DNA of 64,000 nt from Octopus sinensis (lineage: Eukaryota). Of the stretch, positions 12,677-26,132 are shown piece by piece. The stretch is from the NCBI RefSeq assembly GCF_006345805.1, contig NC_043001.1, positions 34,906,001-34,970,000 of the forward strand. Direction: 5' to 3'. The notes beneath the pieces are model-generated. The model had not been told where the DNA came from. It ran no database searches and worked only from the letters and a program-made list of their open reading frames with translations. Within the stretch, counting starts at the first letter, position 1. The number at the start of each line of letters is the position of its first letter. The translations under genes and the position numbers were made by a program.

Positions 12677-13177
12677 TATTTTGCTCTAGGAAATTTCTGA
12701 AGTTGTATGGGCCATAAGTGTTGGTGTTGTTGTTACTTTTCGGCTTTTAAACTCGACTGCGTGAATCAGTGAACACAAAATCCTAGCCATTACATTCGCA
12801 CCTTTTTACACATCAAGGACTATATTACCCTTTCTCTTTTTTTCTTTTCTTAAGAAGCAAAAGAATGATTTGAGGAATAATTTCTTCTCATGGAGGCTCT
12901 TTCGCTGCCTCTTTTTCGCAGAATTGGGGCAACGACAGAAAAGATACCGTTTCATATTTAGCTCTGAGTCCACTGACTTTTCATCTTGATTCATTACTGA
13001 TTGGGTGGGTATTATTGAATTATGTCATAAATCTATATTCAAGATTTAGTGAAGTCTAGGATGGTGAATCAATTCTCACAAATTGAAAACGTGTGATGTC
13101 GTGAAGGAATGCATAAGAGCCACAACAATCAAGTTTTAATGAATTTCCATTTTACTTGAAGCTCTACATCACTCATA

Positions 13178-13642
13178 ATTAAGTCAATTATATCGACCCC
13201 CAGTGCGTAACTGGTACTTATTTAATCGACTCCGAAAGGATGAAAGGCAAAGTCGACCTCGGCAGAATTTGAACTCAGTACGTAACGGCAGACGAAATAC
13301 CGGTTAGCATTTCGCCCGGCGTTGCTGCCAGCTCGCCGCCGAATAGCATATTTAATCCATCCACTGAGCTTTTACATAATCACTTTACCTGCAACTACTG
13401 GACAAATATCTTTCAACTCACATCCTGCGACTTAAAATTGTCAGACACATCGTCTGTTGTAATATTAAATATGCTATTCGGCGGCGAGCTGGCAGCAACG
13501 CCGGGCGAAATGCTAACCGGTATTTCGTCTGCCGTTACGTACTGAGTTCAAATTCTGCCGAGGTCGACTTTGCCTTTCATCCTTTCGGAGTCGATTAAAT
13601 AAGTACCAGTTACGCACTGGGGGTCGATATAATTGACTTAAT
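13178..13642. repeat. Perfect 179-bp inverted duplication (arms 13178-13356 and 13464-13642) of a SINE B plus flank
   Basis: The arms are exact reverse complements by eye, including a shared internal deletion and the non-SINE flank ATTAAATATGCTATTC; spacer 107 bp. Confidence 0.9.
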
Positions 13643-13835
13643 CCGTTTGTCTCTCCTTGTTTTGTCCTCTCTGTGTTTAGCCCCTTGTGGGTAGTAAAGA
13701 AATAGAAATAGGTATCTCGTCTGTCTTTACGTTGTGAGTTCAAATTCCGCCGAAGTCGACGTTACCTTTCATCCTTTCGGGGTAGATAAATTAAGTACCA
13801 GTTGCGTGCTGGGGTCGATCGAATCGACTCCCCCC
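13478..13835 (+). mobile_element. SINE family B full copy (13478-13705) plus partial tandem copy (about 13715-13835)
   Basis: Family B head, core and tail motifs. Confidence 0.88.
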
Positions 13836-14486
13836 GTCTCTAAAATTGAAGTTGATTAAAGCTAAATCAACATAGAATATTCCAAATCTAGTTTTCTTTG
13901 CAGAATGCGATAACCTAATAGTCGTTTTAAACTACATAAACTGCAACTATTAAATGTATCATACACTTCAAGAACATTATAACTGCAACCCTAAGTAGTT
14001 TATTTAAAACTTATTTAGGTAGCGCAAAATAAATTGTTACCCAGCGAACAGACGTCGGCAAATTTTCCTTGAGTCCAAAGGCTGTTGCTATTAACGTTAT
14101 TAATAAAAGCATAATTTTTCTATATTTTATTCTAAAGATGCTTGGAGAGTGACATTTTAATTTCCGCCGTGTAATAAATATTATGTTAAGCTTGCCGCAT
14201 TCTTTTGAACGTTATAAACACTTAATAAAAACGGTCCCATATCCGCTATTTGTCTCCTTTCAAGTAACAAGAATCTTATTACTCCCTAGTCTGTTTTACA
14301 TATATTTTCCTTTTATATTTTCCTTCTTCTTAAAGTCTAAAATTCGATGATTCACTTTAAATTAAAATAAATTAGATACTCTCTTTAACACGTGTTTTAA
14401 CTAGTTCTTTAACACATTCGACGAATTACTTTGTAAATCCAGCTGTCTTTCCTTTTCTATACTATCATATTTCTGTCTATCTATGA

Positions 14487-14634
<148 letters not shown>

Positions 14635-14667
14635 CTATCTGTCTATGTGTGTGTGTGAATATATGTG

Positions 14668-14707
<40 letters not shown>

Positions 14708-14777
14708 TTCTATCTGTCTTTCAGTCTGTCTATGTGTGTGGTTGAATATATGTGAATAATAAATATATCAAATACAT

Positions 14778-15049
14778 GTGTATACATACCTCTGTATGTA
14801 TGCATATGTGTATATGGTGAGTGTAGGTGTGTACGTGTGTAAGGAAAAATGTCTATATGCACATATGCATGAAGGGGTGCGTATGTGATTGTCTATGAGC
14901 GTATTGAATATTGAAGGAAAATATCTTAAAGGAATGTTCAGCAGGTGAAATAATCAAAGCCTCAATAAACCAATAATGACTTGAAATTCTGTGTTTATTC
15001 GAAACTAGCCCTGCAGTTAAAAGGAAATAACTTCTTGTGCTGCATTTAT
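14778..15049. repeat. Inverted duplicate of 17834-18106
   Basis: GTATGTGATTGTCTATGAGCGTATTGAATATTGAAGGAAAATATCTTAAAGGAATGTTCAGCAGGTGAAATAATC... reappears reverse-complemented with few substitutions. Confidence 0.88.
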
Positions 15050-15214
15050 TATAGAGTAACAAAGCTTCAATTTTTTTCAGCAAAGGGCGGTGCATCAGCA
15101 TGGCCGCAGCTCTGTGCTGAAACTAGAGAGAGAAAATGACAATGCCTTTGAAAGGGGTCTTAAGCGAAAATTAGAAACACACACACACATAAATACATAC
15201 ATACATACTTTTTA

Positions 15215-15594
15215 GGAAGCACTCCGTCGGTTACGACGATGAGGGTTCCGATTGATCCGAATCAACGGAACAGCCTGCACGTGAAATTAACGTGTAAGTG
15301 GCTGAGCACTCCACAGACACGTGTACCCTTAACGTAGTTCTCGGGGATATTCAGCGTGACACAGAGAGTGACAAGGCCGGCCCTTGAAATACAGGTACAA
15401 CAGAAACAGGAAGAAAGAGTGAGAGAAAGTTGTGGTGAAAGAGTACAGCAGGGATCACCACCATCCCCTGCCGGAGCCTCGTGGAGCTTTAGGTGTTGTC
15501 GCTCAATAAACACTCACAACGCCCGGTCTGGGAATCGAAACCGCGATCCTATGACCGCGAGTCCGCTGCCCTAACCACTGGGCCATTGCGCCTC

Positions 15595-15596
<2 letters not shown>
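15215..15596 (-). mobile_element. tRNA-derived SINE family C (tail type 1)
   Basis: Head TGGAGGCGCAATGGCCCAGTGGTTAGGGCAGCGGACTC..GGTTTCGATTCCCAGACC; tail ..GTCGTAACCGACGGAGTGCTTCC. Confidence 0.92.
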
Positions 15597-15651
<55 letters not shown>

Positions 15652-15877
15652 GTAATTTTATTATATGGATTCTTAAGGAACATCGCACATCAACTGGTAG
15701 AAAACTTCAAATGGATAGGTACGGTAACACAGCTCTCAGAGAAAGAAACAAAATTGAATACGTCTAATATTTGGATTACACCGATATACAAGTACCAAAT
15801 ATAACCCGTAGACTTGACTTAGGAGTCGGTCCATGCTGTGGTGTAGGTATAAAATTGAACAAAAATGTCGCTTATAT

Positions 15878-15968
15878 TTTGTGACAGCTGTTTCGGTGGA
15901 ATATTATCTGTTTTATGTCGTAATAAAGGATAGCATTATAAGATATGATTTAACATCGTCAGATCACA
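15878..15968 (-). ncRNA. Degenerate minimal hammerhead ribozyme motif (PLE-type)
   Basis: CTGACGA...C-GAAA-CAGCTG-TC with palindromic stem III; stems I and II are decayed. Confidence 0.45.
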
Positions 15969-16048
15969 TTTTAAACAGGTAATATTTTAAGCACCAACCC
16001 AGACACAGCACACATTAGTTAATAATTGCTGAACTACCTGTTTAAAAT

Positions 16049-16123
16049 TTTACCTGATTATAGTGATAAGCACATTATGAGGTAATATTTTATAACTACA
16101 TTAAGCGAAACAGCTGTAGTAAA
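16049..16123 (+). ncRNA. Degenerate minimal hammerhead motif
   Basis: TTTAC-CTGATTA (core G to T)...C-GAAA-CAGCTG-TA-GTAAA; stem I TTTAC/GTAAA. Confidence 0.5.
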
Positions 16124-16277
16124 TTTTAATCGTGATGGTAGTGATGTTGCTGGTGATGTGTATGAGGAATTGGTTGTCATGGTAATCATGGAGTGAGCTG
16201 ATTTTGGTATGTGGGCATTAGTAAGTTGGACGGTTAACAGGTCAGTAGCGGTATGTTATTTTCGTTTAGCGATTGTC

Positions 16278-16320
16278 ACGCGCTGATGACGGGTCAATAC
16301 CCAGAAACTCGAGTCCGTGT
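16278..16320 (+). ncRNA. Minimal hammerhead ribozyme motif
   Basis: ACGCG-CTGATGA-C-GGGT-CAAT-ACCC-A-GAAA-CTCGAG-TC-CGTGT. Stem I is 5 bp with one G-U, stem II has a C.A mismatch at its base, stem III is the palindrome ACTCGAGT; predicted cleavage after 16315. Confidence 0.7.
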
Positions 16321-17402
16321 GTATCATACCAGGTTGAAGATGGAAAGGATGGCTTCCCTTTGCAAATACTGATAGGGCACAGATAGTGTGTCAATAGCCA
16401 GCTGGAGGAGGTTAACCTTAAGGGTTAGCCACATTTAAGTGGCATATATACTTCACGATGTCATGCAGCTACTGTTTATACCTCGCTCAGGGATTTATTA
16501 AATTTGTAGGTTGTTTTCGTTTCGTAAAATCGTTTAGTAGAGTCAGCGAGAGGAGTATTATAAAATGCTCCTTAACGAGAAGGTAGGATTTCGAAATATG
16601 CATTAATTTAGATTCCACTTGTTTTGCTGTTCGATTGTCAAAAAGAGGGACAATTTTATAAGCAACGTCACTGAGGCATGACGCTTGTGTGTTGGCTTTT
16701 GCGAAAGATCAAGCCAGCTGTTGAGTCGAATATTAATTTCATTGTCTGTTCAGTGAAGATTCTTTTGGGCTATTTTGCTCATGGTGATAGTACTTGCTGT
16801 CTTTTCTTACTTTTGTTTGCTAAGTCAATGATTTAGGTGGATTATCCTTTTTCTATAACACCCACTATGTGATGGAGACAAAAATAACTTTGAAACTGAA
16901 GGTTGTTTGAGTTTTGTGTTTTAAATTTATAATATTGTGTATGTGGCCGTTAGTTTAAACAGAAATATACGAGTGGAAAGTTATGGTGATAGTAGTTTCT
17001 CTAAAGTGATTTTATTCTGCTTGTTATGGTGTCTTTTCCTTCTATCACTTACCTAGTTAATAATTTAGGTGGTATTTCTTTGCCTCTATGTGAAGGGTGT
17101 TTGAGTTTTGCGAAGTTTTGTGATAGCTTCATGTGTATATTCTTGTATTTGTGGCCGTTAGATTTAAACAAAATTTAAACAGAGATATAAGAGGGAAAAG
17201 TCAAAAGTGTGTGTGTGTAAATTCTGACTGCTCAATGAATCTAACAAAATTATAGGATGCATGTGTACGTGCGTATATATTTAATAAAATCACAGGAGAG
17301 ATTTACACTATACTCACGAGAAATTTGTTTTCCACAGGTTATTACAGGCACTATGGGGTCAGATTCTGTTGGTTTCATATCGTAATTTTTTTCATATTTA
17401 TA

Positions 17403-17704
17403 TATCACCGTGATCACCGTGACCGACCAGGCTATCAGATTTTGCTACACATCGCTGGTGACAATGCGCTTCGCATTGTTTTAGCCTTCAAATGGCGCCA
17501 CCCCGCTGGCTAAGCGAGCAGGCCAACAGAAGAAAGAGTGAGAGAAAGTTGTGGCGAAAGGGCACAGCAGGGTTGCCCCCCCCCTTGCTGGAGCCTCGTG
17601 GAGCTTTAGGTGTTTTTGCTCAATAAACACTCACAACGCCCGGTCTGGGAATCGAAACCGCGATCCTGCCACCGCGAGTCCGCTGCCCTAACCACTGGGC
17701 CATT
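17403..17704 (-). mobile_element. SINE family C (tail type 2)
   Basis: Same head and body as 15215-15596 but tail ..GCTTAGCCAGCGGGGTGGCG..TGATAGCCTGGTCGGTCACGGTGAT. Confidence 0.9.
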
Positions 17705-17730
17705 ATATGTATATATGCATATATATGTGG

Positions 17731-18164
<434 letters not shown>

Positions 18165-18188
18165 ACATATATATGCATATATACATAT

Positions 18189-18380
18189 AATGACCCAGTG
18201 GCTAAGGCAGCGGACTCGCGGTCGTAGGATCGCGGTTTCGATTCCCAAACCTGGGCGTTGTGAGTGTTTATTGAGCAAAAACTCCTAAAGCTCCACGAGG
18301 CTCCAGCAGGGGGGAAGGCGAACCCTGCTGTACCCTTTCGTCACAACTTTCTATCACTCTTTCTTCTGTTGGCCTGCTCG

Positions 18381-18381
<1 letters not shown>
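18189..18381 (+). mobile_element. SINE family C, 3'-truncated (start of type 2 tail)
   Basis: AATGACCCAGTGGCTAAGGCAGCGGACTCGCGGTCGTAGGATCGCGGTTTCGATTCCC...CTGTTGGCCTGCTCGC, then (TA)n. Confidence 0.88.
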
Positions 18382-18452
<71 letters not shown>

Positions 18453-19316
18453 GGAGTGGGGTACGGAGGGGAATGTGTACGTGTATTACTATTTACATAT
18501 ACATTTATAAAATTCATAAAAGATGCATACATTTTTATATGTATGTGTACAGCCACACGTATACATGATTTTACGTAAATGCCTGTGGAATAGTTAATCC
18601 ATTCGCAAATCCATTGGAAGTGATTAATAACCGTCGAAACCGGTGGAAACCCATTTACAGTTAGCGTGTCTCGAAATAATATTCGAAGCTATGAAAGAAA
18701 TTGCAGGCTTGATTTCTCGCACGTCCTTCTATCAACAACGTTGAATGCAATGCTCACAAATCTGTAACCATCGTAATTTCAGAATTCCAAACCAAATGGA
18801 AAATATATTAACATGATGAAGTTCACTTAATTGCACAGAAGATATTAAGAACCTCATTTGTGACAGTGATCAACATATCAATATCCTCTTTATAAATTGA
18901 TGGCAGGAGCCAGGTTGCAAATAAATACTGCTGAATGACATCGAATTCGTACAAATAGACGCTGAAGAAAATTAAATGAAATTCAATGTTGTGAAGTTAA
19001 TTTCAATCGCTGCGCTATAGAACACGACCACTATACATAATAAGGCCACCCTATTTAATCATGGATAATTTTATGATCTGGTTATTGCTTTCAAAATTGC
19101 AATTGCTTCATCTTGAAGTGATCGTAACAAGTGGCTTTCACTGTTTATATATATGACCAAGTGCTCAGGGAGGTAGCAGAGATGATATCGCCCGCAATTT
19201 AGTGCAGTAAATACCACACCAGGAGAAAGGCTATTTCATTTCTCAGAGCTAGAGAGAAGACGAATTCATTGATATTTCGACGACCATCATTCTTACTCTT
19301 CACAACCCCAGACAGG

Positions 19317-19425
19317 TTAAAGTTCCCAGATCACGCAGTACTAACAACATTCCGTCCTGATATAGTGATCATCACAAATTCCCACCAAACAGGGGATCAT
19401 GCTGGAATGGATTGAGGAAAGTTTA
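19317..19425 (+). pseudogene. Fragment of restriction-like endonuclease of a HERO/NeSL-type non-LTR element
   Basis: LKFPDHAVLTTFRPDIVII then (frameshift) TKQGIMLE-WIEES, resembling the recalled motif LKFP.H...T.LRPDIV...TKQV..LELTVPWEE.IEE. Confidence 0.5.
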
Positions 19426-19667
19426 CGTAATGGATGCATTCCCTATCATTTATTACGCAAACCTGAAACGTACGTAGTAAATCATTTAGAAACATCACTA
19501 TTTGGTGTGACTTCATTATGAAAAAGTACATGAATCTTTGCTACTACAAATTAGGTGGTTCAGTGTATATTTACGCAGATAATCTCACAAGAGAGATTGG
19601 AGTGGTTTGTTATAAATGACTCAAGTCGAAAATTCTAGTACTGTGCACCGATTCTTGGCGAAAGGGA

Positions 19668-19669
19668 TG

Positions 19670-19704
<35 letters not shown>

Positions 19705-19725
19705 ATATCTATCTATCTATCTATA

Positions 19726-19790
<65 letters not shown>

Positions 19791-19791
19791 C

Positions 19792-19852
<61 letters not shown>

Positions 19853-19875
19853 ATATATATATATATATATATATT
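19668..19875. repeat. (TATC)n-(TA)n microsatellite
   Basis: Read directly from sequence. Confidence 0.96.
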
Positions 19876-20131
19876 ACATACATACATACATGTGTGTGTG
19901 TGTGTGTGCAGCATGTATATAAATATATATGCAGCACGGAATTTTGTCAGTAAACAGATTGCGGTTTCAAAGCGACGAAAATATTTTGACAATTTAAATT
20001 TAAATGTTGAAGTGAATCTAGCGGTTTTTATATGTTTTTAAATGGCTTATAAATCTTTCCATACTGCAATTGCTTTTGCTTCAGCACACGATCTCTGATC
20101 AAGTCACTTGCTATGCAATTACATCTCCGTA

Positions 20132-20196
<65 letters not shown>

Positions 20197-20381
20197 TAGA
20201 AAAAAAATCACCTTTTATCAACTCAATAATGAAAACTTAAATTATACCATCTAGAAAATTACATATTATAGAAAGGTTAAATATAAGATAAAACATATAA
20301 CGATGATTAAGTAATGTGCAAAATAATAGATAAAACGTATATATTTGGTATACATATGCATGTATGTATGTATGTTTGTAC

Positions 20382-20421
<40 letters not shown>

Positions 20422-20435
20422 ATATATATATATGT

Positions 20436-20473
<38 letters not shown>

Positions 20474-20662
20474 GGAATGTTATTTTAATAATTCCTTGAT
20501 GTAGAGTACAATGAAGTATTAGAAGCTGTAAACAGGTTGATCACATGTGGAGAGGATTCTACTTCCCTTTTTTTTAGTGGACACCCTAATGCTGTTATAC
20601 TATGGTGAGACGCAGTCGATTTCGATCGAGAGAGACTGAGAGAGAGAAAGATAGTGTGTGTA

Positions 20663-20695
<33 letters not shown>

Positions 20696-21525
20696 GTGTA
20701 TGTGTGTGTGTGTGTGTGTGTGCATGTGTGTGTGTATGTGTGTATGTGTGTGTGTGTGTCTGTGTGTGTGTATGAGAGAGAGAGAGAGCGGGAAAAGAAA
20801 GTGGAGTAAGAAATTAACTGCAGTAATTGACTGGAACTATATTTATAAAATTCGGAAGGACAAAAGGCATAATTGACCGCGGAAATATTTGACATCAGAA
20901 GACATAGCTTAGGCATTCGAAAGCGTCTGTTCGTCGCTCTAACGACTTTTCTTCTCATTTTCTATTCCTATGTACACAGATACATACACACACCACACCT
21001 TTACACGAGGTGCGTTCCAGAAATTTTGAAACATTTCTAGGGCAAGTATAACTGACATAAAATATTTCTGTACTGAGTTTATATCCAAATTGAATCAATT
21101 CTAGATTTAATTCGTTGATATAATTTAAAGAATTCTAAGTCTGGAAATTTTAATGTTAGGAACGAGGTTATGAAATCTAAACTTTCTAATGTATTTAATC
21201 CAATGTTATATTGTTACCTGACGTGATATATATCTCACTTTAAACTCTATAGAACTATTTCCCTGTGATAAAGTAGAGTTAGTTCTTTGTTTGAGAGAAA
21301 AGAGAACTTAAATATATAAAGTTTTTCACTTTTCGAATGGAATTAGCGTGCAATTGAACAGCTGAACTGGAAGTGCTGGGTCCTTCTCACTTTATTGTAT
21401 TCGCCTTAAGGACCGAGGATGTTTGTAACCTCTACACGTAACAAGCATTCGTCATATACAGATGCATACAGAAGTAAATATGATGTCTGCGAAAGTGTAT
21501 GTGTGAGTGAATGTGTGCGTGTATG

Positions 21526-21557
<32 letters not shown>

Positions 21558-21657
21558 AGAGAGTGTACAGAATGTTTATATGTATGGATACACACACACA
21601 AACACACACATGTGAGAGAGTGTGGGTTTGATCTATCAGTCTGTTTGTCTATCTATC

Positions 21658-21691
<34 letters not shown>

Positions 21692-21846
21692 ATCTATCTA
21701 ATTATACGCATATATAAACGTGTGTATATACATGTATATACATATAAATAAATATGCATATATATACATATGTACATATATATCTATATGTGCGTATGTA
21801 TGTATGTATGTATGTATGTAAGTAATGTAATGTAATGTAATGTATG

Positions 21847-21895
<49 letters not shown>

Positions 21896-22478
21896 ATGTA
21901 GAGTTATTCACAGGCACGAAATTCGTATACGAAACTCTAAACATTTGGCGAATGATCTCATATCCTAAGCAATCAATTTCTTAGAAAGCTACATAGACAG
22001 CTCGAGGGCAATATAGTGACTAACTAGAGTGATACTTACTTAGCTAGACATACAGAAATGAGTATGAAGAAGAGAAGGATCGGAAGGTAGAAACGAGCGG
22101 GAAAAAATGAGAGAGAAGTCAGTAGACTTCAATTTCCTATTTTCCACGCTCGACACCCTACTGTGCTGTCAACGCATACTACAAGCACAAAGCCATGTAT
22201 AAATCACCTGCAATTTTTCAAGAGATATGAGGAATTAATCATAATGCTTTACATTTCCTTGATTGTATTCAATTTGTTGATGCTTCTATCGCGTTGTTCG
22301 TTCAAGCGAGTGAATGCTTGATTAAGCAATATTGACGGCACAAACAGTCGAAGTATCGTTAATATCTAACCTCATCAATCAATGCAGGTCTGAGCGCTAT
22401 GTTGTCCTTTCGGGTTCTATTAAATGATGAGACAGTTGAGACATTCACAGGGTTTTTAATTCGCTATGTGTGTGTGTC

Positions 22479-22513
<35 letters not shown>

Positions 22514-22640
22514 GTGTGAATGTGTTTGAGCGAGTGTGCTCGTCTGTTACTTCAGTGGATATGTTTCTACATACGCATGTATACACACACACATGTATAC
22601 ACACATGTATACACACATGTATACACATGTATACACACAC

Positions 22641-22705
<65 letters not shown>

Positions 22706-22708
22706 TAT

Positions 22709-22865
22709 GCGTGGCTGGGTGGTAAGAAGCTTGCTTCCTAACCACATGGCTCTGGGTTCAGTCCCACCGTGTAGCAAATTGGACAAGTGTTTTTTGCTAT
22801 AGCCGCGGGTTGACCATTTCATTGTGAGTGGATTTGATAGACAGAATTTGAAAAAAGCCCGTGGT
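22709..22865 (+). mobile_element. SINE family A head, diverged
   Basis: GTGGCTGGGTGGTAAGAAGCTTGCTTCC..GGGTTCAGTCCCAC..GTGAGTGGATTTG..AAAGCCCGT. Confidence 0.8.
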
Positions 22866-22874
22866 ATATATGTA

Positions 22875-23245
22875 CTGGGTCATCCCAAAATGCGGTTTTT
22901 TCAATTGCGTTCACTGAAGATCGGAGCGGGGACGGGATAAACTACCTGTACCAACTTGATATAAAAGCAGGAAGTAAATTTACCGTGGAGCATATTCGGC
23001 ATATTTCGCTTTATGAGTTCAATAAGAGCAACACCTCAACAGAATGTGCAAGAAATATTAATGCAGTATATGGGGGATCGAACCCTTTGGAAGATCTCTA
23101 GAGCTCGACGAGGACGTCCTGCAAAACTTAGCGGAACAAAATCCCATCATAACTTTTGAGGAACTAGCAGAGAAGCTTCGATTTGGTCATTCAATCATTC
23201 ATCGACACCTTCGTGTCATCGGAGAAGTGAGCAAATCGGTTTAAC
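22875..23245 (+). mobile_element. Mariner 5' fragment with internal deletions, same family as 47684-48585
   Basis: TIR-like CTGGGTCATCCC..AATGCGG; EHIRHISLYEFNKSNTSTECARNINAVYG; HSIIHRHLRVIG. Confidence 0.8.
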
Positions 23246-23699
23246 TATATGCTGTTATCCTGAATTGCGCAGGGGACGTATAGCCCGTGGTCCCAGCCAC
23301 GTCCTGAACATTAGTTCAGGACGTTTGGGCAATGCTGGCGAAATAATTAGTTCAATGCAAAGACAGAGCCTGTAAGTTTTCTGCATTTGTTGTAAATATA
23401 AACATATTCTGCCGTCTTTACTAAAGAGCACATCGTACATTTCCTCTGTTTCTCTCTGCAGAAGAAACAAACGAGATAGGGAGGAGGTTTGGTTACCAGG
23501 ATTGGGGAGGTGGCTCACACTTCTCTGTTATGCTTCATTCCTTCGATATCTTCACACACACAAACAAACAAACAAACAAACAAACACACACACACACGCA
23601 TACACATACACACACACGCATACGCACACACTCGAATACGCACACACACAAGCATACGCACACACACATGCATATGCACACACACATACACACACACAC

Positions 23700-24445
23700 A
23701 GCTCTACACAAAAATGAAGGAACATCAGCAACCAACAAGCCAGCCCAACCAAACAACACCACCACTAGCGCCACCAAGAACAGAAACAACGCCATCACCA
23801 CCACCACCAATAACAACAACTCTAAAGGAAGAAGCGAAAACCAAAAAGACTCATACCCCACCCCCAAAAACCCATACATCACATCCCAACTGTCACCAAC
23901 CAGCACCAACACCAACAACAAAATCAACATACTAAGAAATAGACCCCAATACCTGTCCCTTCTCACCTTCTGATTCCTCCAACATGTCAGACGAAGACGA
24001 CACAGGGGATTGGCAGGTGGCTACAGGGGGTAGGGGAGAAAAAAGGGGAAAAAGAATAGAGAAGCGGATAAACAAAGCAGAGAGGTTTACCACTCCCGAA
24101 GCCAAAACACCCGCAGGAAATAAAAAGCATCAATACAAACACACTAACACCAAACACCACATCAATGTTGACAACTATAAACACCAACAATTCAGACCTA
24201 ATGGAATACATTAGGTCAAACACCAACATAACAGAAAACGATATCAAAACAAAAAAATCACCGACGCACAACACTGCCACAACACATTAAAATCATACAC
24301 ATAATACAGAACACCCACAGCACACTGAAATCTCTGTACCCGGATGCAGTAGGGAGATTTCAAAAATAACTGTCGAAAAAATTTTGCAAAAAACTTCTGG
24401 GAGAAGACTGAGATGAAGGACAAAGAACTTTCGGACAGTAAATGA

Positions 24446-24490
<45 letters not shown>

Positions 24491-26132
24491 GCTCTCTCTT
24501 TCTCTTTCTTAAAACACAACTTTCGATTGGAACATGCTCAAAATAGCTAGTATAAATGTACGTGGTTTGGGACCGCCTTGGAAACAAGGCTACCTGTTAA
24601 ATGACATCAAGTCACAGAATCTGCATATCATAACCATGAGCGAATTCAGGCTCCACAACTTGCAGACCCTTCAGCACATGTTCAGCGGACATTTCGACAT
24701 TTATTTTACTCCGTGTCTACCGAGAATAGGACGCTAGACTGATGGACCGGTGAAATTGCTTGGAGTCTGGTTCGGTTCGGACCTCCAAATGGAGAAGAAC
24801 TTGGGGGGAGATAACGAGTAGGGTCGCCACTCTCAAACAGCAATGGGCCGAGAGGAAGCTATCCCTCAAAGGTCGGGTGCAAGTGGCGAAAGAAAACATC
24901 GCATCCGTCATCGATTACCGGCTGATAGTCATGCCTTGTACCGACCCTACCATCAGCAAAGTGGAACGCATACTCTTCCGCTTTTTGTGGAAGGGAAGTG
25001 TTCCGATGTTTAGGTGATCCATTTGATGTCGACACCCGCTAAATGGAGGGCTGGGCATGCTGTGCTTGATGATGCACGGACTTGCGCTGAGACTGCGACG
25101 GTGAACAGGTGCGGTCGCCGTTTGTGCTGCGCGCTTTCTCGCAGCTCGTCTCTTTCGCCGAACCGCAGTCGTGGATCAAACAGAGACCGAGGCTAGACGA
25201 ATGGCGCCGCGAGTGCCGCCTTGCTCTCAAGCAACTCTGCCGTCCGGGACCAAACTTATGCGACTTCAATTCCACAAAGGCGTTCTATAGAGGATTAGTG
25301 GAGGGGAGATGCGACGACGTTCTCGGGCAGAATCTGGGCGCCTGTTTAGGATAACTTTCGGGCCGGGACCTATGGACAACCACCAGAGACCCCTGGCCTG
25401 GCAGTGCTATCGGGAAGCAATGCTCGTTCGGAATAAGTTCTACAGGTACGGTTCGAGACACACCAGACCGACTTGCCCGAGATACGGTCAGAACCGCAAG
25501 ACCGTTCTGCACGCACTCGTGCAGTGTCCAACCACCGAATGGCTAGCTGTCATGTGCGGGACGAGTTCGCTTCTCGGCCGAGTCTACTGGGAAAGCAAGG
25601 CGGTATTCATCGTACTGGTGGCTATGGTGAAAGAATGTGTGTTGTGGACTCGAGCGAAAGGATTAGAGACAAACACTTTCCTCTCTGGACAATCGCTATC
25701 AACTTTTTCAAGTACCACTTGAAAAGGAAGGTGAGAATAGAGAGGCAAGTTTTGTCTCGTGAAAGATTCAATAAAAGGTGGGTGAATGTAGCAAAGATGG
25801 TACGCGCGAATGACGAAATCACTTTGAGCATGATCCTATAAATTGAAGAGAGAGAGAGAGGGAGAGAGAGAGAGAGAGAGCGAGAGTGAGAGAGCACTTT
25901 GCTCTCATGTGTTTTTCCCCACCTTGTCTGAGGTTACCATGGTCTTTTCCATAGGCTTTTCTTTCCACGGATAAACTTAATCTGTTTTTTTTTTACATTT
26001 GTGATATTTTCTGTGATACAAGATCCCTTTTGATCGGAAATTTATTTTCTCTTCCGTTTTTGTCTATTTTCAGAAAAATTTTCTGCATTGTATTTTGTCC
26101 CCTCTGTAGCTCTGTGTGGCTAATAAAGTAAC

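Noticed and set aside
18610-18655. CGAAACCGGT as a hammerhead half
   Set aside because: The upstream CTGANGA core is absent; too decayed to call.
23292-23329. 11-bp hairpin ACGTCCTGAAC/GTTCAGGACGT
   Set aside because: No assignable function; may belong to the Tx1 5' region.
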